DNA from: Candidatus Eiseniibacteriota bacterium
GTDB lineage: Bacteria; Eisenbacteria; RBG-16-71-46; JABDJR01
DNA: 64,000 nucleotides
Assembly (NCBI GenBank): GCA_963762255.1
Contig: CAVXKA010000001.1
Coordinates: forward strand, 1,391,222-1,455,221
Reading direction: 5' to 3'
In this document: positions 41,989 to 52,500 of the stretch, piece by piece
How positions within the stretch are numbered: the stretch's first letter is position 1
Layout: each line of letters starts with the position of its first letter
Notes under the pieces: model-generated
The model's input: only the letters and a program-made list of their open reading frames with translations
Told to the model about the DNA's origin: nothing
Database searches by the model: none
Program-made: the position numbers and the translations under genes

Positions 41989-42635
41989 TCACGGCGTGGG
42001 ATTCGGAATGAAGCGCTCGCTTCGCCCCTCCGCGCTCCGATCCCCCAGTCCGCTCAGATCGACCGCCATGTTCGCCACCGCCTTGGGAACGCCCAAGAGC
42101 CGCCGCCGCCGCGCCCCTTGGTGACGTCTCCGGACACCCACGCGTCGATCTTCTCCAGGTCATCGATGTCGAGGGGCTTGAGCGTGGCTTTGACGGAGAG
42201 GTAGTAGCCCTTGCCCGCGTCGAACCGGGAGGCGGGACCGAGTGGCACTTCGTAGGCCCGCTCGAGATAGACCCGCAACTCCTCCCGATCGGGGAGCAGG
42301 ATGAGGGTGCCGTCGGGCTTCACGACCTCGTAGGTGCCCCACCAGACATCCCGCCGAAAGCGGTACGTGTAGACCTCGGTGTGCACCAGCGCGTCCCACC
42401 ACCCGGAGCGATCGCGCCAGAGATCGACGACCAGGACGAGGGTGGCGGGAATCCCCTCGCCGACCGTGCTGTCGGCCTCGTCCACCACGCCCGTCACGAG
42501 AAACGCAGCCACCAGCGAGGCGGTCCCGGGGACCGGCAGATCCACACGCACACCGAGTCCCGCCCGCGCCGGCGCCGTCCAGACGATGGACAGTCCCAAC
42601 GCCATCATGCACGCAGCACGCGATCCCGGCCCCAT
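41989..42635 (-). pseudogene. DUF4390-like periplasmic protein with an apparent -1 frameshift near 42098 (lesion or assembly indel)
   Basis: Signal peptide and DUF4390-like body; after GRGGG another frame reads LLGVPKAVANMAVDLSGLGD...IPNPTP*, a more plausible C-terminus. Confidence 0.6.
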
Positions 42636-42649
42636 CGATCCTCCCGACG

Positions 42650-44017
42650 TTAGAACGAATTGCGGAACCGCACCGACACCTTCACTTCGGCGTCGGCGCG
42701 ATTCACGTTGCGGGCGGCGAGCACGGTGATGCCCTCCTCCCCGGCGGAGAGTCCTACACCCACGTCGACGGGAACCCGCTGGTCCTTCAGCGATCCACGG
42801 TCCCAGGCCGTTCCCGCGTCCGCGAACACCAGAGCCCGGATCTCGTCGCGGATCGAGAAGGCATACTCGAGATTTGCCAGCGCTACTCGATTTCCTCGCA
42901 ACTCGCGGTAGTTGTGGCCGCGGAGCGTGCCGAGGCCGCCGATGGCGTACTGCAGTTGCACGGGAAGCGCGTCACCGGTCGCCTCGGCGGGCGGTGGAAG
43001 GGACCGCGAAGCCCCCGAGCCGGCCAGGAGGCGCGTGGAGACGGTTTGTCTCGGCGAGAGCCGAAAGTAGGTGCGCAGGTCCGCGGTGACTTTCCAGAGA
43101 TCGAAGTCGCCGCCGAGCCCGGCATCCCCGCGCTCGTAGACGATGCGGTGCCGGTACTCCACGCCCCTCCAACTCGAGCGAGGAAAGAAATCGTCGCCCG
43201 GGCCGTCCCCGCGGGGGCGCGTGTCATACGCGGCGCTCACGTCGATGCCGCGGTAATCCCCCTCGGGGATCGCCGGGTTGGGGCGGAACTCCGCGTCCTG
43301 GCGATAAACCGACCAATCGGTCTCCTCCCGGAGCGACCGTTCTTCCTGCAAGGTCATCCCGACCGAGATTCTCAGATCCTCGTCGGCAACGGCGGCAAGA
43401 AACACGCGCCCTCCCTCGGTCTCGTACCAGTCTCGATAGTCGCGATGGAGGAAGAAGGTGCTCGCCGAGTTCTCGCCGTCGCCGATGGCCTCGTCACCGT
43501 AGAAGAAGGGGAGCACGCTGCGGTAGGCGTCGAGGCCGATTGACGCGGTGCCGTCACCGATCAGCGGCTGCTCCATGCCGAGTCCGTACCACCCGCGCCG
43601 CGCGGCGAAGCCGTATCCGAAGCCGGCATGATAGCCGGGGAGCCATCCCTTCGGATCCATGCCCCGCCTCACCTCTCCGTAGACGGCGAGTCCCTGAACA
43701 CGGTTGTATCGCAGTGACGGACGGAAGACGGTGGGGTGCTTCTCACCCCACTCGAACTCGGGATCGAAGGAGATGCGTCGTCTGCGCGGAGATGTTTCCT
43801 CGGGCGCCGACGTGCTGTCGGAGAGAAACTCCAGGCGCACGGGCGGCGCCCCGGATGGTAGGGAGTCAGGCGGAGCCGTCTGCGCGCTCGTCGGATCGAT
43901 CCGGCCCACGCCAGCGATAACCAGCGCGGCAAGGAGCATCTTCGCGGTGCGGGAACTCGGAAGCCGATGCCGGGCCCGCGGCAAGCGAGAGAGCGGGCGC
44001 CACGTGATCGGTGTCAT
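42650..44017 (-). CDS. BamA/TamA (Omp85 barrel)-like outer membrane protein
   Basis: RYNRVQGL, GGLGTLRGH, NLEYAF, FADAGTAW, DVGVGL, terminal Phe. Confidence 0.8.
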   Translation of the reverse strand: MTPITWRPLSRLPRARHRLPSSRTAKMLLAALVIAGVGRIDPTSAQTAPPDSLPSGAPPVRLEFLSDSTSAPEETSPRRRRISFDPEFEWGEKHPTVFRPSLRYNRVQGLAVYGEVRRGMDPKGWLPGYHAGFGYGFAARRGWYGLGMEQPLIGDGTASIGLDAYRSVLPFFYGDEAIGDGENSASTFFLHRDYRDWYETEGGRVFLAAVADEDLRISVGMTLQEERSLREETDWSVYRQDAEFRPNPAIPEGDYRGIDVSAAYDTRPRGDGPGDDFFPRSSWRGVEYRHRIVYERGDAGLGGDFDLWKVTADLRTYFRLSPRQTVSTRLLAGSGASRSLPPPAEATGDALPVQLQYAIGGLGTLRGHNYRELRGNRVALANLEYAFSIRDEIRALVFADAGTAWDRGSLKDQRVPVDVGVGLSAGEEGITVLAARNVNRADAEVKVSVRFRNSF

Positions 44018-44215
44018 GGTCAATCCCCCCGGGAGCGAGCCCACCCCGCTCCGTCTTCCGGCCCCGCAGAGCAAGCACCGTTCCATCGCATCGTTCGGCA
44101 CCGGGTCACGCAATCCCTTGTCGGACAACAGGCGCCCGAGCCGCGCAGCATTCTCTTTGCGACCGGCGCGCTCGGAAGATGAGGCCGCAGCGCCACGCCC
44201 TGTGGCCCTGCGGTC

Positions 44216-45625
44216 TCACCCGCGCCGCTCGATGCCGAGGCGGCGCATCTTGCGGTGGAGGTTGGCGCGGTCGATCCCGAGCGTGCGCGCGGCCTGGCTC
44301 ACGTTCCACCCCGCCTTGGCCAGTTCGGCCTCGAGGATCTGCCGCTCGGCGCCGTCGAGGAGGTGCTTCAGGAGATCCCCACCGCTCTCGCCCTCCGCTC
44401 CTTCGGCGTGCGCGCCGCCCAGCCCGGCGAGCCCGGGATCCTCGCCGCAGAGCGTGAGCACCTCCGCGGGGCCGATCGCATCATCCACCGCCATGATCAC
44501 CAGCCGCTCGACCACGTTGCGCAGCTCGCGCACGTTTCCCGGCCAGGACGCTCGGCTCAAGAGGCGCGTCGCGTCCGCGGTGAGCCTCACCTTCGGCCGC
44601 CCGTACTCGCGACGGAAGTAGGTGAGATAGTGCTCGGCAAGGAGCGAAATGTCCTCGGTGCGCTCGCGCAACGGAGGGACCGTGATCGGGAGCACGTTCA
44701 GCCGGTAGAAGAGATCGCGGCGGAACCGGCCCTCGGCGACCTCTTGATGGAGATCCTTGTTCGTGGCGGCGATGATGCGGGCGTCGAACGTGAGGGTTCG
44801 GGTTCCACCCACGCGCTCGAACTCGCTCGATTCGAGCGCGCGCAGCAGCTTGGCCTGAGCCTCGTGGCTCATGTCGCCGATCTCGTCGAGGAAGAGCGTT
44901 CCGCCGTGCGCGAGTTCGAGCTTGCCGCGCTTGAGCGCGGAGGCTCCGGTGAACGCGCCTTTCTCGTGGCCGAAGAGTTCGCTCTCCACGAGATCCTTGG
45001 GAATCGCCGCGCAGTTGAGCCGCACGAAGGTGCCGTCTCGCCGCGCGCTCAGGTCGTGGATGGCGCGGGCCACCAACTCCTTCCCCACGCCGTTCTCGCC
45101 GAGGATGAGCACCTTGGCCGGCGTGGGCGCCGCGCGCTGAACCGCCTCGCGGAGCTGGTGCATGATCGCACTGTCTCCCACGATCTGATGGAGCGCCCCG
45201 CGCTCCTCGCGCAAGGCCAGATTCTGGCGGCGCAAGGCGGCCATGCGGAACGCCCGGTCGAGCGTGATGCCGAGCCGCTCCGGTGTGAAGCCCTTCTCGA
45301 GGAAGTCGAATGCGCCGAGGCGCACCGCCTCTACCGCCAGCTCGATGGTGCCGTGCCCACTCATCATCACGAACGGGATCTCCTCGACGAGGTCGGCTCG
45401 CCGTTGGAGAAAGGCCACTCCGTCTTCCCCGGGCATCCGCACGTCGAGCAGCACCAGGTCCACCGGGTTCCCGTCGCGGGTCAACGATTTCTCGATGGCG
45501 GCGGTGTCCGCTGCCTCGATCACGCGATACCCCTCATCGGTCAGGAACTCCACCAGCGACTTGCGGACGCGCGGCTCGTCGTCCACCACGAGCACGGTCT
45601 TGCGGAGTTCGTCGATCTCGTTCAT
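44216..45625 (-). CDS. Sigma54-dependent response regulator (NtrX/NtrC family)
   Basis: Receiver VLVVDDE...LLDVRMP; GENGVGKE, GAFTGA, LFLDEIG, WPGNVRELRN; Fis HTH. Confidence 0.95.
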   Translation of the reverse strand: MNEIDELRKTVLVVDDEPRVRKSLVEFLTDEGYRVIEAADTAAIEKSLTRDGNPVDLVLLDVRMPGEDGVAFLQRRADLVEEIPFVMMSGHGTIELAVEAVRLGAFDFLEKGFTPERLGITLDRAFRMAALRRQNLALREERGALHQIVGDSAIMHQLREAVQRAAPTPAKVLILGENGVGKELVARAIHDLSARRDGTFVRLNCAAIPKDLVESELFGHEKGAFTGASALKRGKLELAHGGTLFLDEIGDMSHEAQAKLLRALESSEFERVGGTRTLTFDARIIAATNKDLHQEVAEGRFRRDLFYRLNVLPITVPPLRERTEDISLLAEHYLTYFRREYGRPKVRLTADATRLLSRASWPGNVRELRNVVERLVIMAVDDAIGPAEVLTLCGEDPGLAGLGGAHAEGAEGESGGDLLKHLLDGAERQILEAELAKAGWNVSQAARTLGIDRANLHRKMRRLGIERRG

Positions 45626-47184
45626 GAAGCCTCCGAGCGCCGGCCGGCGCCTTCCGGGTTCGATCCGCCTCCCGCCGCGGGGAGCATGAGAACGACGCGA
45701 GCGCCGCCGCCGGGCCGATCCTGGAGTTCCATCGAGCCTCCGTGCTGGAGCATGGTGCGCTGCACCAGGCTCAGGCCCAGCCCGGTGCCCTGTTCCTTGG
45801 TCGTGAAGTAGGGCTCGAGCATGGTCTCTCGCGCGCCCGGAGGCCAGCCGGGGCCGTCGTCGTCGATCGTGATTCGCACGCGGCCGGGCGCCTCGTCCAG
45901 CCCGATCCATACCTGCCCGCTCTCTCCGGCGGCCTCGGCTGCGTTCTTGAGGATGTTGCCGAGCGCCTGACGCAGGAGCGTGCGATCGGCGCGCGACCAT
46001 GCCGGTTCTGCGGGAGGCGACCAGTGGATCCGAAGGGTTCCGGTGAGACCTTCCACCGCCCCGGCGACGACCTCGCGCAGGTCGACTCGGGTCGCTTCGA
46101 CCATGGGCAGGCGCGCCAGCTCGCTGAAGGATGCGGCCAGGCGCTGGAGGCCCTCCACCTCATCGCCCAGCGTATCCAACGCGCGTCGCGCACGCTCGCG
46201 TTCGGCCTCGGGCAGATCCGGCGTGAGTTTCCGCAACCGGTGGAGGGAGAACGTAACCGGGGTCAGTGCGTTCTTCATCTCGTGGGCCACGCGGCGCGCC
46301 ACCTCCTGCCAGGCGCTCAGCCGCTCGGCGCTCGCGAGGTCGCGACGGGAGCGCGAGAGCTCCGCGCTCATGGCGTTGAAGGTCTGGATGAGCCGCTCCA
46401 CCTCGCGGCTTCCCTCCGGCCCGACCCGCACCCCTTCCTCGCCGAGGGCCACCCGCTCCATGCCGTCGGCGAGGTTGGCCACCGGCCGGCTCACGCGCAT
46501 CGCCAGCCGCCGGGCGGTCCAGGCGGAGCCGAGCCCGAGGAACGCGACGGTGAACGCAACCGTGAGCATCAGTGCGCTCCGATTGACGCGCTTCAGCACG
46601 GCGAGCTGCCGATAGTACGCGACCCCCTGAGACAGCCGGTCGAGCCGGGCGTAGAACTCGGGTTCGAGATAGATGCCGGCCACGAGGATGGCGTTGTTCT
46701 GGCCGGGCTCCCCCGCGAAGCCCGCGTAGACAAGCAGGCCTCGGGCGGCCTCCTCCAGGAACGGCTGATCCGAGGCGGCGAGACGGACGACCGACGAGAG
46801 CGTTCCGACGGGATCGATCAGCGGGTCGCGCGTGACCTCGAGCTGGAGGACTCCCTCGGCGTCATAGAGCTGCATGAAGTCGATGTTGTAGGCGCTGGCG
46901 AGGCGGGCGCGCAGCGCCGCCGGATCGGCGGGCGGCCCGAGAGCGGGATCCGCGACCAGCAACTGGCCGCGCTGGCGCAGATCGTTGCGCGTGCGGGTGA
47001 GGAGATCGCGCGCGACTTCAATGCTCCCTTCGAGCGCGCTCTGCACTCCCGGGTTCTCCCAGCGCTCGAGAGAAGCCAGGAGCCGATGGGTGGCGAGTGC
47101 GGTGAGCGTGAGAGAAGGGAGCAGGGTCAGCACAAGGAAGAGGAGCATGAGCTGCCCCCCCAGCGTACGCGGCGCCATGGCCAT
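45622..47184 (-). CDS. HAMP sensor histidine kinase (NtrY-like)
   Basis: Two TMs, HAMP, AHEMKNALTP, NILKNAAE, DDDGPG, GTGLGL. Confidence 0.93.
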   Translation of the reverse strand: MAMAPRTLGGQLMLLFLVLTLLPSLTLTALATHRLLASLERWENPGVQSALEGSIEVARDLLTRTRNDLRQRGQLLVADPALGPPADPAALRARLASAYNIDFMQLYDAEGVLQLEVTRDPLIDPVGTLSSVVRLAASDQPFLEEAARGLLVYAGFAGEPGQNNAILVAGIYLEPEFYARLDRLSQGVAYYRQLAVLKRVNRSALMLTVAFTVAFLGLGSAWTARRLAMRVSRPVANLADGMERVALGEEGVRVGPEGSREVERLIQTFNAMSAELSRSRRDLASAERLSAWQEVARRVAHEMKNALTPVTFSLHRLRKLTPDLPEAERERARRALDTLGDEVEGLQRLAASFSELARLPMVEATRVDLREVVAGAVEGLTGTLRIHWSPPAEPAWSRADRTLLRQALGNILKNAAEAAGESGQVWIGLDEAPGRVRITIDDDGPGWPPGARETMLEPYFTTKEQGTGLGLSLVQRTMLQHGGSMELQDRPGGGARVVLMLPAAGGGSNPEGAGRRSEAS

Positions 47185-47202
47185 GATCGGTCGCTCGCTC
47201 CC

Positions 47203-48264
47203 TTAGGGCGCGGCAGCCTCCTTCCCCTGAACCTGATCGTACCCGAGCTGACCGCAGGCGGCCAGGATGTCGAGCCCCTTCGAGTAGCGCACGGTGACGG
47301 TGGTCCGGTAGGGCCAGAGCCGCCGCGCGAAGGTATCCACCTCGGCCTCGGTGGGGCGCTCGAAGGGGAAGAGCGGCGACGGGTTGAACGGAATCACGTT
47401 GAGCTTGGAAGGGAATCGCTCGGCGATTCTGCCCAGCCGCTCGGCGTCTTCCTGCGTGTCGTTGAGACCCCGGATGAGCACGTACTCCAGCGTCACGCGC
47501 CGCCGCGAGGCCTTGGTGTACGTCTCCATGGCGGAAATGAGCGCCTCGATGGGGTACTTGCGGGTGACCGGCATGAGCGTTTCCCGCACTTCATTCGTGG
47601 TCGCGTTGAGCGACAGGGCGAGCCCCACCGAGGGATGGATCTCGGCGAGCCGCAAGATGCCGGGGACCACCCCCACCGTCGAGATCGTGATCCGCTTGCC
47701 TGAGATCTTGAGGCCCAACGGATCCTGGATGATCTCGATCGCCTTGAACACCGCGTCGAGGTTGTCCATCGGCTCGCCCATCCCCATCGCCACCAGGTTC
47801 ACCGCCTGGTGGGGGTCGAGACGGAGCTGCTTGAGATGAAACACCTGGGCCACGATCTCTCCGGGCGTGAGATTGCGGAGCTTGCCCATCCTGCCGGTGA
47901 TGCAGAAGGCGCAGCGGAACGCGCAACCCACCTGGGTGGAGAAGCAGATCGTCTCTCCGTAATCGGCCTGCATGAGCACGCTTTCGATCTTCATGCCGTC
48001 GCGCAGGCGCCAGAGGAACTTCGTGGCGGCGCCGTCACCGCTCACGAGCTGGCTGGCCGGCTCCAATCCCTGGAGATTCACCAGGCTCGCCAACTCGCGG
48101 CGGAGGGGTTTCGGGAGATCGGTCATGGCCTCGAAGTCGAGGAGCCCCCGCTGGTACACGTTGGCGAAGATCTGCCGAGCCCGAAAGCGCGGCTGGCCGT
48201 GGTCCTCGAACCACTGCTCAAGCTCGGGGCGAGTCTGGTTGTAGAAGTCGAGGCGGTCGGTCAT
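47203..48264 (-). CDS. rlmN: 23S rRNA m2A2503 methyltransferase RlmN
   Basis: CFSTQVGCAFRCAFC, MGMGEP, ITISTVG, EYVLIRGLND, AACGQL. Confidence 0.95.
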   Translation of the reverse strand: MTDRLDFYNQTRPELEQWFEDHGQPRFRARQIFANVYQRGLLDFEAMTDLPKPLRRELASLVNLQGLEPASQLVSGDGAATKFLWRLRDGMKIESVLMQADYGETICFSTQVGCAFRCAFCITGRMGKLRNLTPGEIVAQVFHLKQLRLDPHQAVNLVAMGMGEPMDNLDAVFKAIEIIQDPLGLKISGKRITISTVGVVPGILRLAEIHPSVGLALSLNATTNEVRETLMPVTRKYPIEALISAMETYTKASRRRVTLEYVLIRGLNDTQEDAERLGRIAERFPSKLNVIPFNPSPLFPFERPTEAEVDTFARRLWPYRTTVTVRYSKGLDILAACGQLGYDQVQGKEAAAP

Positions 48265-48419
48265 AGGGGATTGTGGGCCGGTGCTCAGCAGTCGGCGCGG
48301 AGCGAGATGCCCGCAGCCCAGGACAGCCGACCGGGACGGAACAGCCTAGCAACTTTCCGAACGGGGGTCAAAACCGGGGGTTGCGGGCTGGGCTCGGGCG
48401 TGTTACATATACAGACAGT

Positions 48420-48441
48420 CATATGAACATGTATGCATATG
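48420..48441. promoter_or_regulatory. ArsR/SmtB-type palindromic operator
   Basis: CATATGAACATGTATGCATATG directly before the RBS of the ArsR gene. Confidence 0.6.
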
Positions 48442-48450
48442 GAGGTACCC

Positions 48451-48852
48451 GTGGAACGCCAACGTGCGGTGGCACAGTTAAAAGCCCTGGGGGAACCCAA
48501 TCGCCTGGACCTCTTTCTCCGACTCGCACAGGGCGAAATGGGTGGGGGTGACCTTCTGACGAGCACGGGTCTCAGCCAGCCAAGCCTCTCTCGCCATATC
48601 AGGGTACTGCGGGAGGCCGGGGTCGTCCTGGAACGATGGGTCGGGAGGAGCGCCTACTACCGTCTGTCCGACGAGCCGTTGGCCCTGAGCGTCGTGCGGA
48701 TTCTCGGTGGGGTGGGCACCGCCCCGGAGGTGGAGAGGCCCTCAGTTGTCGGAAACATGTCCAAATATGAATCTGACACCGAGCCGACCCCGGTGCGCCG
48801 CGACGAGGAGGCCCCCGCGGCGCCGGCTCCCATGGAGGACTGGCTGCTCTGA
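48451..48852 (+). CDS. ArsR/SmtB family transcriptional regulator
   Basis: KALGEPNRL...LSQPSLSRHIRVLREAGVV...YYRL; GGAGG RBS then GTG 48451. Confidence 0.9.
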   Translation: MERQRAVAQLKALGEPNRLDLFLRLAQGEMGGGDLLTSTGLSQPSLSRHIRVLREAGVVLERWVGRSAYYRLSDEPLALSVVRILGGVGTAPEVERPSVVGNMSKYESDTEPTPVRRDEEAPAAPAPMEDWLL

Positions 48853-49092
48853 CGCCCTCGAATCCCGCCCTTCCGTGATCACGAAACATCGTTTATACTT
48901 CTGGCAGTTCGGTGGAAACGGTTTTTCGCGATCCTGGAGATTGTGAGGGAACCGTCTTTCGCCGAAGGCTCTAGTTAGGGCGGTCCCTACCGGTGGAGGG
49001 ATCCCGTCCAGGTGGCAAGACAAGACCGTCAACGTCCCAGACCGTCTTTTCTGTCCGTCCCCCCGTGAAGGCGGAGTCTGGCCGACTGTCCT

Positions 49093-49470
49093 ATGGAGCT
49101 CTCTGATATGACCTCCAAACGTTTAGGCATCCTGCTATTCATCCTGGCGTTCGCGTGGAGCGTGGTGGGGCTCGGCTGGTTTGCAGCGCTGTCGGGCGCG
49201 GGGCCCGAATCCGGGTTGGGTGTTGGCGCGGCTCAAGCGGATCCCCCAGCGTGGGATCAACTGGTCACGCCGTACACCGTTGACGGGGATCCCGACGCCT
49301 TCGCCAATAACTCCGGTGATCCCGACGCATTCACCCAGCCACCGTCTTCCAGCGACAGCACGAGTACCGCGGGGACGAGTCCCGGTGTGACCTCCAACCG
49401 TGTGCCTCCCCTGCTTCGCGTGATCTTGGCGGCTGGTTCAGCGATCTCCGGGATCTTGGGTTGGAGTTAG
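49093..49470 (+). CDS. Small exported protein with a duplicated GDPDAF motif
   Basis: Hydrophobic N-terminus, DGDPDAFANNSGDPDAF, Ser/Thr-rich linker, hydrophobic C-terminal end. Confidence 0.6.
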   Translation: MELSDMTSKRLGILLFILAFAWSVVGLGWFAALSGAGPESGLGVGAAQADPPAWDQLVTPYTVDGDPDAFANNSGDPDAFTQPPSSSDSTSTAGTSPGVTSNRVPPLLRVILAAGSAISGILGWS

Positions 49471-49537
49471 CAGAACACAGAATCCGGTTTGCCCGGCCGG
49501 GGCTCGCTGCCGGCTGGGCCTGTCGAGGGCCAACAGC

Positions 49538-52500
49538 GTGAACCGTTCGAACGAATCAGAACGGCGTCCCCGACGCGGTGCCTCCGCGCTTGAGGGAGAG
49601 GTCTGGCAGGATCTCCCCGAGGCGGTGAAGTACGGGGACGTTTGTTACCAAGCGGAGCGCTTTGCCGATGCGCTGGAGGCGTACGGCAAGGCTTTGGAGG
49701 CCTCCGCCAAGAACCGGGCGAACGCCCTTCCGGCCGAAGTGCGCGCGCGGCTGCACTACCGCATGGCCTCGTGCTACATGCGTCGGGCCAGCTACCGCCA
49801 GGCACTCGAACAGCTCGATCTCTCCCGACAGGCCCTCCCTCGGCACCTCGACAAGATCCGCCTTGCCAAGATCTACGCGCGCCGCGGCTACATCCTCATA
49901 GAGATGGGGCAGTACGCTCGCGCAGAGCGGCATCTCGTCTGGAGCAAGAAGCTCCTGAGCGGAACCAACGAGCACGAGGAACTGGCCAACCTGGAAACCC
50001 ATCTGGGGACGCTCTACGCGCGCGTGGGGCGGTCGGACGAATCGCGGCAGTCGTTCCTCAGCGCGCTGGCCACCTTCCGCCGCATCGGTGACCGCGAAGG
50101 CGAGGCCCGTTCGTTCAACAACCTCGGCCTTCATTACAAGAACGCTTGCGAATGGCGGGAGGCGGTGCGCTACCTCGAGGAGGCGCGCACGCTCTGGGGA
50201 CGTCTCGGCCATCGCAAGTACCTGGTGGTCGTTCAACTCAACCTCGGCATCGTCCACTTCAAGCTCGGCAAGTGGGAGCTATGCGAAGAGAACCTTGCCG
50301 CCGGGGAGTCGCTTGCGCGGGAACTCGCCGAGAGCCAGCAGCTCGTGCGCATCCAGCTCGCGCAGGGCAACCTCGCGCTGCGGCGCTGTCGTTGGGACGA
50401 GGCGAAGCTGCTCTACAACCAGGCGCTCGACGTGGCGCGGACCGAGTCGTACGGCCGAGAATCGGTACTGGCTCAGGAGTTTCTGGGCGAGCTGCACTTC
50501 GAGCGAGCGGAATTCGAGGAAGCATCAACGCTTCTCGAAGCTGCCCTTGGGGCGGCGCGGGCGATCGCTCCCGAGGGCGACCTGGTGAGCGAAAGTCTGC
50601 GTCGCTTGGCGGAGACCCGTCTGGCCCAGGGGCGCTTCCAGGAGGCGCTGGATCACGCCAAGGAATCGGCGGCTCTCGCCAGCCGCATGGGCGATCGCTA
50701 CGAAGAAGCGGTGGCGTTGCGGAGCGTGGGCTTGGCCATGATTCGTCTGGGACGCCGCGACGAGGGCGAGCGACTTCTGCAGATGAGCCTCGATAGCCTG
50801 GGTGAGATTGGAGAGTCCTACCAGAAGGGCGCGACCCACTTCGCCTACGGTGTCTTCCTTGCCGAGTCGGCCATGGAAACCCGGTCTACCCAGGAATTGG
50901 AGCAGGCCGGAGTCCATCTCCAGCGCGCCTACGGGGCATTCCTCGACCTCGATGCCCGTGTGCGAGCGGCCGATGCTGCGTACCGACGCGCGGCGCTTGA
51001 GAGCCACTTTCATCGCTTCGACGAGGCGGCGACCTTCCGCGGCAAGGCGCGGCAGGTCCTTCCCGCCGGCGCGGCCCCCGCCCTGGAAGAGAAACTGAAC
51101 CGCCTGGGCTCCGAACTCGAGGACGCATTCGCGGAGCGCTGGCCTTCGGGAGGCGACGTTCTCGCATCGCTCCGCGAGATGAAGCGATTGTTCCAGGGGG
51201 CGACCGACTCCGAAGCGGTGCTGAAGGAACTCATCCGCCTGGCGGTGACCCGCTCCGGTTCGACCCGAGGCTGCGTGGCCCATCTGGGCCGGAACGGGCG
51301 CGTGGAGGTCGTCGCCACGTTCGGCTGGACCCCGGCCGACGCGAAGGCGCTGATCGGCGCGCTGGGTGGCGCGCTTCGGGGCGCTCTGGACGACAACCGT
51401 CCGGTGTGGACCAACAACGCGGCCGAGGACGAACGATTCCGCCCGGTGGCCGGCGGGACACGTTTCGGGGTGAGCAGCCTGGTGCTCCTGCCTCTGACCC
51501 TCACCGATCAGGAGCCCGGCTTCCTCTACGTGGACAAGACCCCCGAGAATACCGAGGGCGCCTATCACCAGGGAGAGCTGCACCTTCTCACCATCCTGGC
51601 CAACCTCGCCGCGCTCTCGATCATCGAGCGGTGGAACTCGCGGTTGGTGAAGGAGAACGAGGAACTTCGGGCGCGCATCGCTCTGGGCGAGGGGGAGGAT
51701 CGGTTCGTCACCGCGCACCCCGGGCTCAAAGAGACCTTGCGACTCGTCACGAAGGTGGCCAACAGCCCCGTTTCGATCCTCGTCGAAGGGGAGACGGGGA
51801 CGGGCAAGGGACTGCTGGCTCAGATCATCCACGACGCATCCAACCGCCGCGACAAGCCCTTCGTCCAGATCAACTGCGCCGCGCTCCCCGAGCAGCTTCT
51901 CGAGAGCGAGCTCTTCGGGCACATGAAGGGTTCCTTCACCGGGGCGGCCTACAACAAAATCGGGCTTTTCAAGGAAGCCGAGAACGGCACCATCTTCCTG
52001 GACGAGGTGGACAAGACCACACTCGCCGTTCAGGCCAAGCTCCTTCACGTGATGGACTCGAAGGAAGTGCGGCCGGTCGGCTCGGTGAAGCCCTACCGAG
52101 TGGACACCCGCGTGATCTGCGCGACCAACTCGAACCTGCGGGAGAAGATCCGGGCAGGGGAATTCCTGGAAGACCTCTACTACCGTCTCAACGACTTTAT
52201 CGTCACGGTGCCGCCTCTGCGCGACCGGCGTGAGGATCTCCCCCTGCTTCTGGACTACTTCATAAAGAAGTTTTCCACCCAGTACGGGCGGCCGGAAATT
52301 CGCCTCTCGCCTGAGGTGAGTCGCGTGCTCCTCGATCACCACTGGCCGGGCAACGTGCGCGAGCTCGAGAAGACGATTCGCCGGCTGGTCGTGCTGGCGG
52401 ACGAGGAACTTCCGGTTGGACTCGATCTTCTTCCGGTGGAGATTCAAACCGAGAAGTTAAGTTTCTCCGGGCAGACTCTGCGGGAAGAAGTTTCGCGCGT

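Noticed and set aside
49010-49030. Sigma54 promoter for the GDPDAF gene
   Set aside because: TGGCAA is present but the -12 GC is missing.
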